From Podarcis melisellensis (lineage: Eukaryota), in assembly GCA_964234715.1 (NCBI GenBank), contig OZ174286.1: DNA of 64,000 bases, one strand, 5' to 3'. Under the pieces are notes generated by a model. The model saw nothing but the letters and a program-made list of their open reading frames with translations. It was not told where the DNA came from and made no database searches. Within the stretch, counting starts at the first letter, position 1. The number at the start of each line of letters is the position of its first letter. Positions 36,893 to 50,070 of this stretch are shown here, piece by piece. The position numbers and the translations under genes were made by a program.

Positions 36893-37255
36893 TGAAATAT
36901 ACTCGGAGTCGAGTGTGGATTTCATGCTCTTTATTCAGCTCATAGTAGTGTGGAATGAAAGTTTCTCCAAAATATCTGCTTTATATACATTATTTACACA
37001 ATGGGTCGCACGTGATTGGCTAATTCTGGGATTCTCCTGTAGGCCAATCAGGTTGTGGATTCACTTCCACCTGGAGCTGGATTGGGTGGCTCCTGTGGAC
37101 CAATCATACTGCTGCATTGTTCTAGGACCAATCAGACTGCTGCATTCTGGACCCTATTGTTCTAGGACCAATCAGACTTCTGCATTCTGAATCCTATTGT
37201 TCTAGGACCAATCACAATGCTGCTTTTTGGATCCTATTCAACTCAGTACATAACA
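36893..37255 (-). mobile_element. Solo LTR (363 bp) with tandem CCAAT-box repeats
   Basis: Minus strand reads TGTTATG ... TATTTCA, with ~40-bp repeats containing ATTGG, then TATATAAAG (about 36979-36987), then AATAAA (36930-36935). Flanks TGAGG / CCAGG match only 3 of 5. Confidence 0.72.
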
Positions 37256-37974
37256 CCAGGGTTATTTTTTATTTTTTATTAAAAAAAGCTTTCTTATACT
37301 CATTCATTCATTCACTCACTCACTGACTCACACACACATCCCAAAGGATCATTTCCTGCCCAATTTCATAGGATTTCCTATTTCCTAGACCAATTCATTG
37401 AACTGGGAGGCACAGGACATTACAATCCCCATGCTTTCCGTATGTTATCCTAGGCTGGCTGGCAGCTCCTTTCAAGTGACAGTTTGCAAGCTGTTCAGAC
37501 ATGATTGGCTTTTGCATGGTTTGGCACAATGTTTGGATGGGGCCATAGTCACAGATAAGGGACTGTTTACTTTTTTATATAGGAGAAAAAAAACACTCTA
37601 TAATGATACCATGGGTTGTGTGAGAAATCCAGTCTTCATGGACTCTAACATGAACTGAGCCGATCTGCAACCCTATCAGGGTTGGAGTTTAGTTATCTAG
37701 TGGCTTCCTTGAATATGTCGATGAACTTCTCAGTTCATTTAAAAACAAAAAAACCTCCCTCAAAATGCATTTTAAAAACAAATACTTTAGGAGAAAATAC
37801 ATTTAGAAATGCTTACTTTGAGAGAAAACTATACATCTGACCATGCATTTTCATGCAGAATATTTTTTTTATTTGCAGTTTAATGTGGAAAGAAGTAAAA
37901 CAGATTTATGCGTGAACATGTGCAAAAGCTCTAGAAATAGCTCTTTCTCACCACGTGGGAGCACCATTATAAGA

Positions 37975-38440
37975 CAATGAACTGTAGCCTGTGTGCTGGT
38001 ATTCTACAGATTGGGTTACTGCAAAGCATTCTTTGTGGGGCTGCCCTTGTACCTGAACTAGAAGTTCCAGCTAGGGCAGAATGCAGTGGCTAGACTGCTG
38101 TGGGAGTGGGAGGCCAATGTTATGAATCACCTCTGATAAAACATTTGCTCTGGGTCCCATATGGTACCAGGTGAGATTCACAGTTAGTGTATCAATACAC
38201 AGTGGACTCAACAACTTGGCTCTAGGATACCTTTAAATGCCATCTGAACTCAAATATTTCAGCTTAAGCTCCAAGTTCATCCAGAAGACCACTGTTCCCC
38301 AAATTTCAAAAGCCTGATTGGTTCAACCAGAAGTTGGGCATTGAGTGGCACTAGTCCGTTGTCAAATACTCTTCCTGCAAAGCTGTGGCAGGCATCCTCT
38401 CTGCTAACATCTTCAGGCTTTTAAAAACATGATCTATTCA
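37975..38440 (+). pseudogene. Highly decayed L2 ORF2 3' remnant
   Basis: TTGGGTTACTGCAAAGCATTCTTTGTGGGGCTGCCCTTG...CAGAATGCAGTGGCTAGACTG parallels the LDYCNAL.VGLP / QNAAARL segment of the 30.5 kb L2. Confidence 0.55.
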
Positions 38441-38520
38441 TTTGGTCCCGTCCCCCGCCCCCCGCAAGATGAGCCAATTATTCTTATGATTTGTTTATTT
38501 ACTTTGCTTGTTTTTATATA

Positions 38521-38762
38521 CAGTGGTACCTCGGGTTAAGTACTTAATTTGTTCCGGAGGTCTGTTCTTAACCTGAAACTGTTCTTAACCTGAAGCACCA
38601 CTTTAGCTAATGGGGCCTCCTGCTGCCGCCATGCTGCCGGAGCACGATTTCTGTTCTCATCCTGAAGCAAAGTTCTTAACCTGAGGTACTATTTCTGGGT
38701 TAGTGGAGTCTGTAACCTGAAGCGTATGTAACCTGAAGCGTATGTAACCCAAGGTACCACTG
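38521..38762 (-). mobile_element. Tigger/pogo-like MITE, copy 3 (inverted)
   Basis: Same TIRs and internal sequence in reverse complement; TA TSD. Confidence 0.9.
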
Positions 38763-40180
38763 TACCTTATTTTTTCTTCCCTATGTTGCCTTGATATTTT
38801 ATGAGAGTGGGGCAAGATATAAATACTTTTGTAAATAAATCAATTAACTACTGAAGAACTGTACAGATGTCTCATCTCACGCAATGGTGGGAACTCGCCC
38901 ACAAGCTACTGCTTTTACCACCCACAAGTAGTTCACAGCCACATAAGCAGTATTACTAGAATACACTACACCACATAGTAACACTTTGCTGAGTTGGTCT
39001 CACAAACACCCCTGAGGGTAGTACAACTAATTCAAGCAATCCATCTTATATCTGTCTGGTGCCAGCTCCATATGTCACACCTGGCATCTGTTAGTCTTTC
39101 CTCTAGACAATAGATAGCTGTTTTTGGTTGCGTCCTCCCCTTCATTTCAATAACCTTTGTTTCATTGTGTTGATGGTTACCGAGGCAATAAGTGCTAAGT
39201 CGACACAGTTTCCTCTTTCTGTGTGATCAAGACCAATTTATACACATGTGAAGCTTGTTGGGCATGGAGATGCATGTATGTGAGGCACACATGCCTCCTG
39301 CTGAAATTAACGGATGGTGAATGGATGGCTGAAGGCCAGGGGGGAGGGGAGGGGGAAGGGAAGCCCACTGAACACTACACTGAACTCATCCTTCACCGGC
39401 CTGCAAACAGCTTTACTCACAGAGAATGGACCATGATATCTGTGATTGGAGTTGGGGTGGAAAAACGAAAAGAGAGTGTTGGACCACACCTCCAAATTAA
39501 TGCAAATGGGACTGACAACAAACTGTTGCCGTGTATCTTCACTAGCCAGCCAGCCAGCTGTGCCTTACTCTGGGACACTATAAGATGTCAAGATACCAAG
39601 CGGTCCAGCTCACTCTCCACATTCCCTGGTTTCCTGATGCTCAGCAGCCCATGGTCTTTGGAGGCTACTGAGCCTGTGTAGTCTTCATTGGGTCGTTTTG
39701 TGGTCTTTCTTGCATGCATGCGTTCTTTTCTATGATTGGGGTTTATCCAAGCAGTCTGATACCTCCTTCTTGTTTCTCAATGGCCCATTTTGGCTCCAAT
39801 CCTGTACCCAATCACCTACGTTTGCTATTAGAGGGAATGATCATTATATTTTGTTACACTTTTTAATCCCATACTTCCACTAAAGAGCATAAAGTGGTCA
39901 CATAGTTCTCTCCCCAACCTGTTTTATCTGCACAGCATCCCCATGAGGTCAGGTTGGGCGATGGGCACAAGATGAGCCAGCAAACTTTGTGGATGATTTT
40001 GGATTTGAGTCTGGGTCCCCCTGGTCCTCTAATCACTATACAACATTGCCCTATGATATACATAGAATGAAGCTGCTGGGCACCTTGGAATTATCTATAA
40101 TATATATTTGCAGGTTCTGTTAAGACCACGCTGCTAACTTTACATTTGAACAGCAACACAACTTCCTCATCAGTTGACAG

Positions 40181-40563
40181 TAGGGTTGCCAGATCTCCAG
40201 GGCTGGCCTGAACTCCCCTGGTTTGCCTGGACCCCTCCAGGTGGAAAGAGGAGCGATTGAATTTCCAGGTGGGCAAGAGTGCCTTAATTATTATTATTAT
40301 TATGAAAAAGAAGACTTGTAAGCTTCAGCCCAATAGGAGCTGGCTGCAAAATATTACATAGACTCTCTTGGGGTGGGAGGAAGTCAACCCTTCTACTCTT
40401 CCTCCTCCTCTCTCCCAATTAACCTCTGTCTCCAGGGCTCAGTGGTGGGAGGGAGCACAAAGGAAGAATCACCAGGGTCTGCCCCATGACATCATCAGGG
40501 TCTGCCCAAGGGTTTGGACCCTGAAATCATAGGATCTGGAATGCTCCTGAATTGGCAGGCCTG
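40181..40563. mobile_element. hAT-like non-autonomous element (383 bp)
   Basis: Perfect 8-bp TSD GTTGACAG (40173-40180, 40564-40571); termini TAGGGTTGCCA / TGGCAGGCCTG. Confidence 0.8.
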
Positions 40564-41016
40564 GTTGACAGTGCCCAAGTGTGTATGTGTGTGTGTGTGT
40601 TTGATTAAGTATTAACTGCAAACTGAGAAATCTCTAGTGTAAAACTCAGGGCACAACCACACCATACAGTTAAAACACGCTTAACATGCACCTAAAGCCC
40701 ATCCCCCCCCCCAAAAAAAATGTAGCTTACCCCTCACAGAGCAACAATTCACATCACCTATAACAAACTACAATTCCTCAAATTCTGAGGGGAAAGACAC
40801 GGACTTGAAACATGCTTTAAATGTTTGTTGAATGTAAGGTGGTTTTAGTAAGGAATTTTCTTGACAGTACAACAAGATAACTTTACAGAGCTGTAGTGAC
40901 AATTATTAGAAAGAGTAGTACCAGTAGTAATAAACATTCTAGGAGATTCAAAATACATACTTTCCAATACATACTATCCAAGAACTAGTGTATTCCTCCC
41001 CTCCCAGCGCTATTCC

Positions 41017-41054
<38 letters not shown>

Positions 41055-42810
41055 AATCCATTTTCTTGAACAAGCAGGAGAATGGGGCACCTTAACTTAA
41101 TACCATTACAGCTCTGACCTCTCTCCTGGTAATTATAAATGGTTTTGCATTATGAAAGAGGAGGTTGAGAATGGGATCCCAGAGTGCTTTTCTCTGTTCC
41201 TTATTATTTTGCTCTTTGAAAATGATTATTCCGTGCTTCATCTTGGGCAGTATTCTGTCAAGGCAGAATAGCTCCACTACTTCTGCTGAATACTTGTTAG
41301 TTACCCACCCACTCTTAGAACAATCTCGTTCCTTGCTGGGTTTCTCTGAAATGGAAGGCAGCAGGGCCTCGCGAGGCAATAAGAACTCATGATCACAGGG
41401 GAAGGAAATTGTGCCAGGCTAGGATTCTTCCTGCTGTTCCTATATGATTTCCTAATTTCAAAATTGTGTGGGAAATAATGGGGAAAATATAGCATGAGAA
41501 TTTCAACTATTCTCTGGTGCGATTTCCCCCCTTACCCTGTTGCGTTTGAAATAGTCTATTAAACTTTTTCTTCTCAAAACTGGCACAAAAATAATCAAAC
41601 TTTTGTTCTGGTTCCTCCTGTGCTTTTATATTTCAATCCTTTTGTACACAGGTTTGCTGCGACCCTCCAGACACAATTCAAGGTGTTATTTTTGTCTTAT
41701 ACATTCCTACATATCCAAGGAACTTTTACCCACTGTGTCAACCTCTGTGATTGCGATCTCAACAGGTAAACAGGATAAGTCTCTTTGAAAGCGCTCTCTC
41801 TCACACACACACTCTCTCTCTCACACACACACACCATGTACTTATCTAGTAAAGGTACTGGTTTCTTTCCAACTTTGGAATTTCCTTATCCCAGGATGTT
41901 GCTGCTTGGACACTATGCAAAACTTTCTTAATTTACTTTTTAATGTATATCCTGCCTTTTTCTCCAAGGAGCTAAAGGTGGTGTACCTGCTTGTTCCCAC
42001 AACAACCCTGTAATATAGATTATGGTGAGGGACAGTGACTAGCCCTAGGTCACTGATTTGTAGAAGAGGTGCACTTCATCGAAAATAAATTGCCTTGTGG
42101 AAGCACCCACTGCCGCATTTGTTTCTGTAAAGCACAGCTCTAGCACATTTGGGTAAATGGAAGGTGCAATTTAAATATATTGTTGCAAACATGCATTTTG
42201 GATGCAGTTGCTGAGGGCCTCGAGTTGGACTAGGTGTTGCGAGAAAGGAGCTTAACTTTCCCCCTATGTGCTACATTCCCAGTCCCAACAGACATGCAGT
42301 TAGGGGGTGTTCAAAATGTAGGCTAAATGTGGATAGGTTGGGGAGGGGCACAGCAGATGCAATCCTCCCCCCTCCCCATGTACATTGAGCATGTCATCTG
42401 CTAAGGGCTTAAGTTGTCATGGAATCAGAATAATTGGTGTTCAGGTGACAGGAAGGTCTGCTGAATTTATAGATATGCTCACACAGACAGATATGCATGT
42501 GACTCTTCATTAAAAATCATGCCTTGTTCTCACCTTTGAAAAGATTTCCTCCTATCTTACCACAAGAAGCACTGCAAATAGTCACTGGGGGTGGGGGTGG
42601 GGGGTGGAGGGGAGAATGACATATATATTTATTAGTCTTGCACTAACAAAGCTCAGCTCTGCTGAAGCTGACACAAGTTGCTCTTCACAGAGCAATTACA
42701 GCACCTTCTAGGAATGCAAATCAGCAGCAAACATCCTATCTCCACTAATTAAAGTACCCCCTGCCTAAGAACTAGTCATAGCCCCCCCCTTAAATATATA
42801 TTTTCTGCAG

Positions 42811-42936
42811 GGGCTAATTGAAAAGAAGAAACAACTTCCAAGGGCAAGAAGAAAGGATCGCGCTGAGGACTTATTCAAAGTACAGCTCGAATACTTAAAA
42901 AAAGTGGATGAACTCAGACGTAGTTCAGAGTTATAG
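42811..42936 (+). CDS. Candidate terminal coding exon (GLIEKKKQLPRARRKDRAEDLFKVQLEYLKKVDELRRSSEL*)
   Basis: Strong acceptor ATATTTTCTGCAG|, purine-rich exon-like composition with retained CpGs, charged helical peptide ending in TAG. Phase-0 start matches the 21637 donor. Confidence 0.55.
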   Translation, partial: GLIEKKKQLPRARRKDRAEDLFKVQLEYLKKVDELRRSSEL

Positions 42937-43069
42937 CATCTCCCATGTAAACTTTGATGTCCTGTTTTCAATGCTTGACCTTACGGACCAATTTAAACTT
43001 CACAGTGTTTACTTGGAAGGGTTGTGACATATATGGTGGAGCAAAATTGGTTTCTGCTGTTCCACCCAG

Positions 43070-43245
43070 GCCAATAGGTTCAAATTCTAAGAAACGGGGA
43101 TTTCAGCTAACTGTTAGGAAGAATTTCCTGCTGGTGCAATCTATTCAGCAGCGGAACTGACTGCCTTGGAAAGGATGGACTCTCCTTTGACATATGTTTT
43201 TCAGCAGAGGCTGGAAGACTATTTTATCTATCACACATGCTGTAG
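43070..43245 (+). mobile_element. CR1 LINE 3' end fragment
   Basis: AATAGGTTCAAATT...TTAGGAAGAATTTCCTG...GGAACTGACTGCC...TTTTCAGCAGAGGCTGG matches the CR1 ORF2 C-terminus (RKNF / WN.LP / FKQRLD). Confidence 0.65.
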
Positions 43246-44108
43246 CAAGGGATGAGGAAGAAATTCAGTTCAGTTTGCATTTAAAGCTGAATCTATCAAA
43301 TCTGCATGTTCCGAAACAATATGGGAGCCCAAGCATCCTTTGAAATGCTCCCATATTTAAATTTTATGGTGCAGTTCTCCAGCCAGTGTTTACAAATATG
43401 AGGGGAAAGTGTGCATAAAAATGAAAATATTGATAAAAATGCATTACATTAGGGGAAATTCCTTGCAAAAATGTGTACATTAGTCAAAACTGCATATAAA
43501 AATGTGTTTATCAGGGGGAAAATCACACTAAAATGCTGATGAAGTTTTTTTAAATGACAAATTTGCAGAAATGTGGAGAACTGAATTTAAGACTGGGGGG
43601 GGAAATGAAAAACCAAGAGAACCAAAGCTGACAGATCCTTCCATCCCTATGTGCATCAGCAGGTTTTTGCCCTGGCAGGGGGTTTATAGTCCCCATGAGT
43701 TCAATGGGGTATAAGATTGCAGTTTCAGAGGCTCATTCTCCTCAAGGAACCCTGGGGAATGTAATCCTGGGAGAAAGGCTGTGTGTTGCCAATATACTGA
43801 AAATGCTCAATAATTTGCTACACAGCACTTCCCAGGGTTTTTTTTGATAAACTATATCAGCAGTATTAAAAAAAAAAAAGACCTAAAATGGTGTGTAGTG
43901 TAAACTTGTGATACCTATGGAGAGCAGGCCCCAGAATCTGTTGTAAGGGGTAGGGCTCCTATGACATTGTAAAGCAAAGGTCCAGCCTAGCAGGTCATGC
44001 TTGTCTTTAGGTGGAAAATAAAATATTTACATTGACTGACCTTAGGCTGTCCCTCAGCATAACCTATCTCACAAGCTTGTTGTTAGGATAAAATGGGAAG
44101 GGTGGGGC

Positions 44109-45023
44109 TAAGGTGGTATCCTGTGCTGAGGCAATCCGCTGTGGCCACCAGTGTGCTGGGTTCAGCTGAGGCACCAAGGCGCAGCGCCCTCTTCACTCCA
44201 GAGCTCCCCCAGCACTCTGCTGGTTGTTTGGGGTTTGGGGAGGCAGGGGTGCCATTTCCATCCAATTGTGGGCCTCTGTGCTCCTCCCTGGGTTGCCTCG
44301 CTGTGCTTCCCACTGGGCGTGTGGCTGAGCTTGGTCCAGCCAGGCGCACTTTGCTGCACACTGGGCGCAAGAAGGGTGGCCGAAGGTGCTCTCAGTGGCC
44401 CTGTGGGGAGACTCGACGGGCCCCTCAGGCTGCCTGCTGGGGCAAGGCCATCCTGGGCTAGTGAGTCAGCTGGCAAGGAAGGCCCATCCACCCTGGCTTG
44501 GTGGGTGAAGCTGAGCATGGTGCTGCAGCTGGACACCTTTTTCCCCTGAAGGGTGGTGGCCACACCCTTGTGGTCTCCTGGTTTCCCTACAATGAGGCGT
44601 CCCAGCGCTGGCCCCTCTCAGAGAACCTCACTTTAGGAAACCCTTCCTGAGCCACAGGGATCCTGAGCCCCACTCAGGAGCCCCCCTGCCTGTGGGTGGC
44701 CCTGTCTGCCTCCAGCGCTCAGCAAGGGGGAGGGAAGGGCTAAGTTGTGGGTCTCCTTGATGAGTTGCTCCACTTGCCCTGATGGAAGTGGAGGGTGCCT
44801 GCCCAGCTAGCTGTAGCCAGACTCCCCCCCCCCCCAAAAAAAATCTCACTCACTTAGGCATTTGCTTCCTTTTCTGCCTTCCTTTTTAATGCTGCATCTG
44901 TGAGACTGAATCTGTTTGTCATACGCCTGGGTTTTCCTGGACATTTTACCACTTACCGAAAGTCGCCTTCCAAGGGCCTAATCCTGGATATGTCTGGGGA
45001 AACCCAGACGTATGGCAGTCCTA
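44109..45023. mobile_element. GC-rich hAT-like element (915 bp) inserted into a MIR-like SINE
   Basis: Perfect 8-bp TSD GGTGGGGC (44101-44108, 45024-45031); right terminus GTATGGCAGTCCTA; the SINE halves continue on both sides. Confidence 0.75.
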
Positions 45024-46094
45024 GGTGGGGCGGAACTAGGTGTGCCGTTTTGAGTTCCTTGGAGTAAAGTCAGGCTAAAGATGTAATAATAAAATAAATA
45101 GAACATAAATATAAATGAGGCACAGGAGCAGCATACAGAAGCCAGAAAAAAATCCATAGGATTGGCCTATTAAAGCTGCTTAGCTTGATAGGTCAAATAC
45201 CTAATGGAAGGGGGAAAATGTTAATTAAGTAACAAAACCTACAGCAACTGCGCTCCTCAGATGAGGCAGTGCTGAGAGTGCAAGAAACATCGGAGATGGA
45301 CTTAGCATATATACTAGAAACCAGGTTGAATCTGTAAACTTTGGTAGTTTACCTAGTATGCTGCTTCAGTCACCTTTGCCTGTGAAACAGTTTATAAATC
45401 TGCCAAAAAAAATAAAATAAAGTGAAATTTAACTAGTGCCAGAGAAAAAGGGGCTAACAGAACACTGGGGAAAGGAATGTCATATTCAAGAAAAACACTG
45501 TGAGAAAAACAAAAGGGCAATGAACCCAGAGGGAGAATCTCCTACTAGCGAGGTGCGTGAGGAATCTCACTGTTCCTGGGAAAGTTGCCTATATTTAAAC
45601 TCCCACATAACATTTGCATGTGCCGGTGAGGCACTGCTCTGACTCACAGGCTCTCTTACCCTGCCCACTCCCTAAGCACAGGATCACACCGCAAGACACA
45701 GCTTGCGAGTCACTTTTTGTGCTACTGAAGCTTCAAGTGGTCCACTGAATTGGGCAGGCATTCAAAGCCAGTATCTTTTATCAAGTGTAACTTCAAAAGC
45801 AACCTTTAAATGAACTCTGCTTTCTGCATACTCAAGCAGTATGTCAGGATTCTAGGGCTTGAACTGGGAATCTCAGGGCCACAAACAAAAGCTAAACTTG
45901 GTGAACTACCTAGGACTTAAAGTCTTCAGGAGGCTGAGAAGGTGTGCGGTCTCTTCCTATTTAGAAGATAACATGAAGGAATAGGCACATGAAACCTTGG
46001 CTTTTGCCATTTTGGCAGGCAGTATAAAACCCCCAGATTGGCCAGGCCTAGAACATGGTGCCTTGCCCTTTGACCTTTTCTGGATTGATTGATT

Positions 46095-46316
46095 GATTAT
46101 TTATTGCATTTATATCCCACCTTTTTCTCCAAGGAGCTCAAGGTAGCGTACAAAGTTCTTCTCCTGCTCCTCATTTAATCCCCACAACAAACTTGTGAGG
46201 TAGGTTAGACTGAGAGGCAATGATTGGCCCAAGGTGAGCTTCATGAAAGAGCTTCATGAAAGAACCCTGGTCTAGCAGATCCTAGTCCAACACTCTAACC
46301 ACTTTACCACACTGGC
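46095..46316 (-). mobile_element. MIR/Ther1-related SINE (Squam3-like); other copies at about 39860-40050, 41940-42055, 50370-50555, 51845-51995, 54710-54845, 60570-60750
   Basis: Core CTAACCTACCTCACAAGTTTGTTGTGGGGATTAAATG on the minus strand, head GTGTGGTAAAGTGGTTAGAGTGTTGGACTAG, and A-rich tail. Confidence 0.7.
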
Positions 46317-49300
46317 TTAGTATCACAGTGTCCCTGTGGCCCTGTTTGAGAAATTATCCTCATACAATTACCAGTGCATGTGGAGAGAAATATTCATCCA
46401 TCCCTATTTACTTCTTGGGTTTGCTGAGACAATAGAATAGAGAGTTGGGAGTGGAAAAACCATATATGTCACTGTAAGGTAAAGGAATATAGTCTGTGTT
46501 CCAGCTGGAGTAATTCCAGTCTCGTTTTTTCATAAAGCTCTAGAGCCTAGGCCCTGAGGCAGCTGAAGAGATGGATTTCTGATGGGCTTTCCTTTTGCTT
46601 AAGGTGTGTTACAGTTGTTTTGAATAAAGTGGGTTTAGTCTCCATCCTTCAGGTAAAAAGTACATCTTACAGACACCTTGCACTCCTTGGAGCAAAGACA
46701 TGCCACAAATAGAAATGAAAGTAATGCTCTTGCTTCCTGATTATCTGGGTCTCAACCTTCTCCAGCCTGAGATTCAGACATAGGGCAGTCCATGGGGAAA
46801 ATTGCAAGCAAATGAAGCAAAAATGAGAAGATAAGGAGACAGGCTAACAGAGCTCACTTTAAGGCTATGGAGTCCACAGTCCACGCTGCTTGTGAAATAA
46901 AGGCACATCCTTCACGAACTACCATCAGCAAGGTGACTTGGGGTGAGAGAGGGAGGGAGGGGAACTCCCGAACATTCATGGTTTGGCCTTCTAAAAAATA
47001 AAATAACCCCATAACATTGAGTTCGGCAGCATTAAGTGCTTGATGGAAATCAGACGTTTTGATCTGAATGTTACACATGCAATATACCAGCTAATGAGAA
47101 CCAGTGTCAATTCTGGAAAATGTTAGGCAGAATGATTTTTTTAATTCACCAGCCCACCACTTCCCCCCCAGGAAGGCTGAGCATATGATTCCAATCACAC
47201 AGTTATGACAGGTTGTATGCATGTAGGAGGTTTTCCCTTAAGTTTCCAGGAGGTCACTTACTAATGGCTTGTAGCCAAGAGCGCTGCTCTCTTCAAGACC
47301 AATTTAGCTGCCATTGAGAACATCCAATACATTTTTTGACTGACACTCGACAAGGAACAAGAGTTTTGCCTTCAGCCTCTGTGAGAAATCTGCATATCTG
47401 TAGCCAGCAGAACTAGCTTCTTTATAAGGAAAATAAGGAATTCAAGGCAAGTCCAAGTCTAAGTGACTCCCTGAGACAGCATTTCCTTAGACCCAGTTTG
47501 GATTAGGGGTGTTAGGGGAGATACAGTACCTCTGGTGGGTGACACATTGTGGTGCTTCTGCCACAGTTTGTTCATTTTTGGTCTCCACCATGCACTCAGC
47601 TCTCACCTGTGGCTCCTAGAAGCTGTCGATTTGCATCAGAAAATTGTCAGTTTACATCAGAAAAAATTCTAGTGGCCTAGAAATAACCCACTATGCCATG
47701 CTTATTTCACGTGTATTTATTAAGCATACCCAAAAAATATTTGAAACTGCCAAGCCTGTCTAATTGGCATTAGTTCATTGTTACTAATGAACTTATGAAA
47801 CAGAAAATTTTGGTTTGGAATTTTTTTTTATGAAAATCTTTCTGCCCCAGATCATTGCAAATTGCTACACACCCAGGCTAGCCGTTCCTACTTCCTCCAT
47901 CCAAAAATATCCTGGCCACACAGTAAACTACTTTTTTTTTTTGGTAAATGTTTTGTGCCACGGGGGAAGTGGTAACTCTGTACTGTTATGTTATGGATGT
48001 TTGTATGTGATGCCAATAAAAGGTTTGATGATGAGTAAACTACATGTCAGAAATCAAGCTGGACTTGGTTAGATTTTTCCTTGAGATCAAGTTTTGTATG
48101 TAAAGAAAAGTCTCTGTGGAAAATTATTGAGCCAGTAAGCCCCAGCTACCTTGAAGTCTGATATGGTATAGCCCTAACAGAGGTGGACCACTTTGAGTAA
48201 GAAATTAGGTCTTTGTCACTTCAATCACCTGAAGCACATGTAGGAGCATCTTGTAAGCAGCTGCTGCTGTATTATTCACTCCTGTCCTGGAGACTGAGAA
48301 GTCTTTGATACTAATATTAACAGGGCATGCCCTACTCAGACAGGCCTCAAACACACATCAGAGCCCCATGGAGCTGTGGTTCCCAGTCATCCAGTATAAA
48401 GGGAGATTTCATGGAGGTGGAACTATAAAATTGGCTTACCACTGCTGATTTATAAAAGGAAAATAACGGCAGGAGGAAAGAAACTTCATAAAAATACCTC
48501 ACATTATTTCTCCTGTGACTCATCATTAATCTAGCTGTGTCTGGACACATTAATAAAGTCTGAACATCACTCCTCTCCCCACCCCACCCCTGTCCAGCAA
48601 AATCCTAGGTAATGTTGTAAAAGAAAAACCTCCATAATAGTTAGTTGCCCTTATTAACATGGGTTGTGGCTTCTTGGCTTCCTCTTAGACACTGTAAAAT
48701 GCAAACGTTAAAACTCAACATAGCAGACGTTTGAAACAATAACACATGGCTCATGTGGACTATGCCGGGTCATCTTTCAGAAGTAGGTTACTTGCAGTGA
48801 TGAGAGACTAGGACGAGATGACTTGGGTTAGACCTGTGACCTCAGGGCTCTTGCCCCATTACCCCCCCCCCCTCCATCAGCCTCCCTCTCACCTAACACA
48901 TCCTTAGAGGCTCCAGCCACTGTTGAAAACACCAGAACATCTCAGCTGAGAAGCAGGAGTGGCTCTGATTTCCAGCTCCCCCACACTGTGCCATGTTCTT
49001 ATCTCATCTCCTTGGTTTGGACACAAGCAACAGTGTGGGGATATAGCTGAGGTAAATGGAGAGAAATAGGAGGCACAATAGGCCTGATCAGTAGACCTTG
49101 AGTGTCTCCAGGAGCAAACAAGCTGAAGTCCCACTATGTCCTGGACTAAAAGTTTTTAAGGTAAAAACGTATGAGCCCCTGCTGGATCAGACAAAGGCCC
49201 AACTAGTCCAGCATCCTGTTTTCCACAGTGGTCAACTGAATGCCTCTGAGAAGCCCACAAAGAGGGGCACAGTGGCAACAGCCCTCTTCCACTATTGCTC

Positions 49301-50025
49301 CCCAGAAGTTGCTATTGAGAGGCACACAGGCTCTGAACTTTAAGTATCACCATGAGCAGTAGCCATTGATAGATTTGTCCTCTATTAATTTATTTGAATC
49401 CATTTTTTAAAGCTATCTCCCTTGACCAGAATAATTTTCATGCTATTATGCAGAGTGGACTTCTTGACTTGGGACTTGGAGGTATGGAAACCACATCACC
49501 ACCTCTGTGCAGTCCAGAAAACCATCAGGAGCACCTCTTCTCCCAGCGCTGAAGGCCATTCCAAGAGGAATTAGTCATGCAGGGCTGGCCTGTCCATTGT
49601 CTGGCTGGAACATCTGTCCCATTCATGCAACCACATGTCTTTGTCGGTGTTTTCCTACTTCTCTCCTTGCTAATGGCCCAGTTCTATGAATCACTGTGTG
49701 GGAAGAGGACTCACACACTGCTGCTCTCACACTCTTATTGGAATCCGGCCGCAGCCTGGCTAAAGTCACTGGTTCTCCTATGCTGGCATTTCCTTTCTGA
49801 CCTCACTTCAGTGCTGTATGAGGATATCTGGACAGCTCCAAAGGGTGTGGCACAATGGCCCATGTTATGCAAACATCTGGGATCCAAGATATTGGCAGTA
49901 ACTGTACATGGGAAACTGTCTTATACCAGGACAACCTTTTTTTCTCACCTAGCCCAGAATTGTGTACTTGGATTGCAGTGGCTCTCAGGCAGGGGAGGAC
50001 CATTCTCATCACCTCTTACTGAATC

Positions 50026-50026
<1 letters not shown>

Positions 50027-50069
<43 letters not shown>
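50027..50069 (+). repeat. (ATT)n microsatellite
   Basis: About 14 units. Confidence 0.95.

Positions 50070-50070
<1 letters not shown>

Noticed and set aside
37100-37240. ~40-bp repeats resembling a CRISPR array
   Set aside because: Tandem units with no unique spacers, inside an LTR in vertebrate DNA, with no cas genes.
41652-41765. 114-nt AG..GT-bounded segment as an extra exon
   Set aside because: The phase-0 frame needed to sit between 21637 and 42811 has a stop, and the other frames terminate immediately in the next exon.
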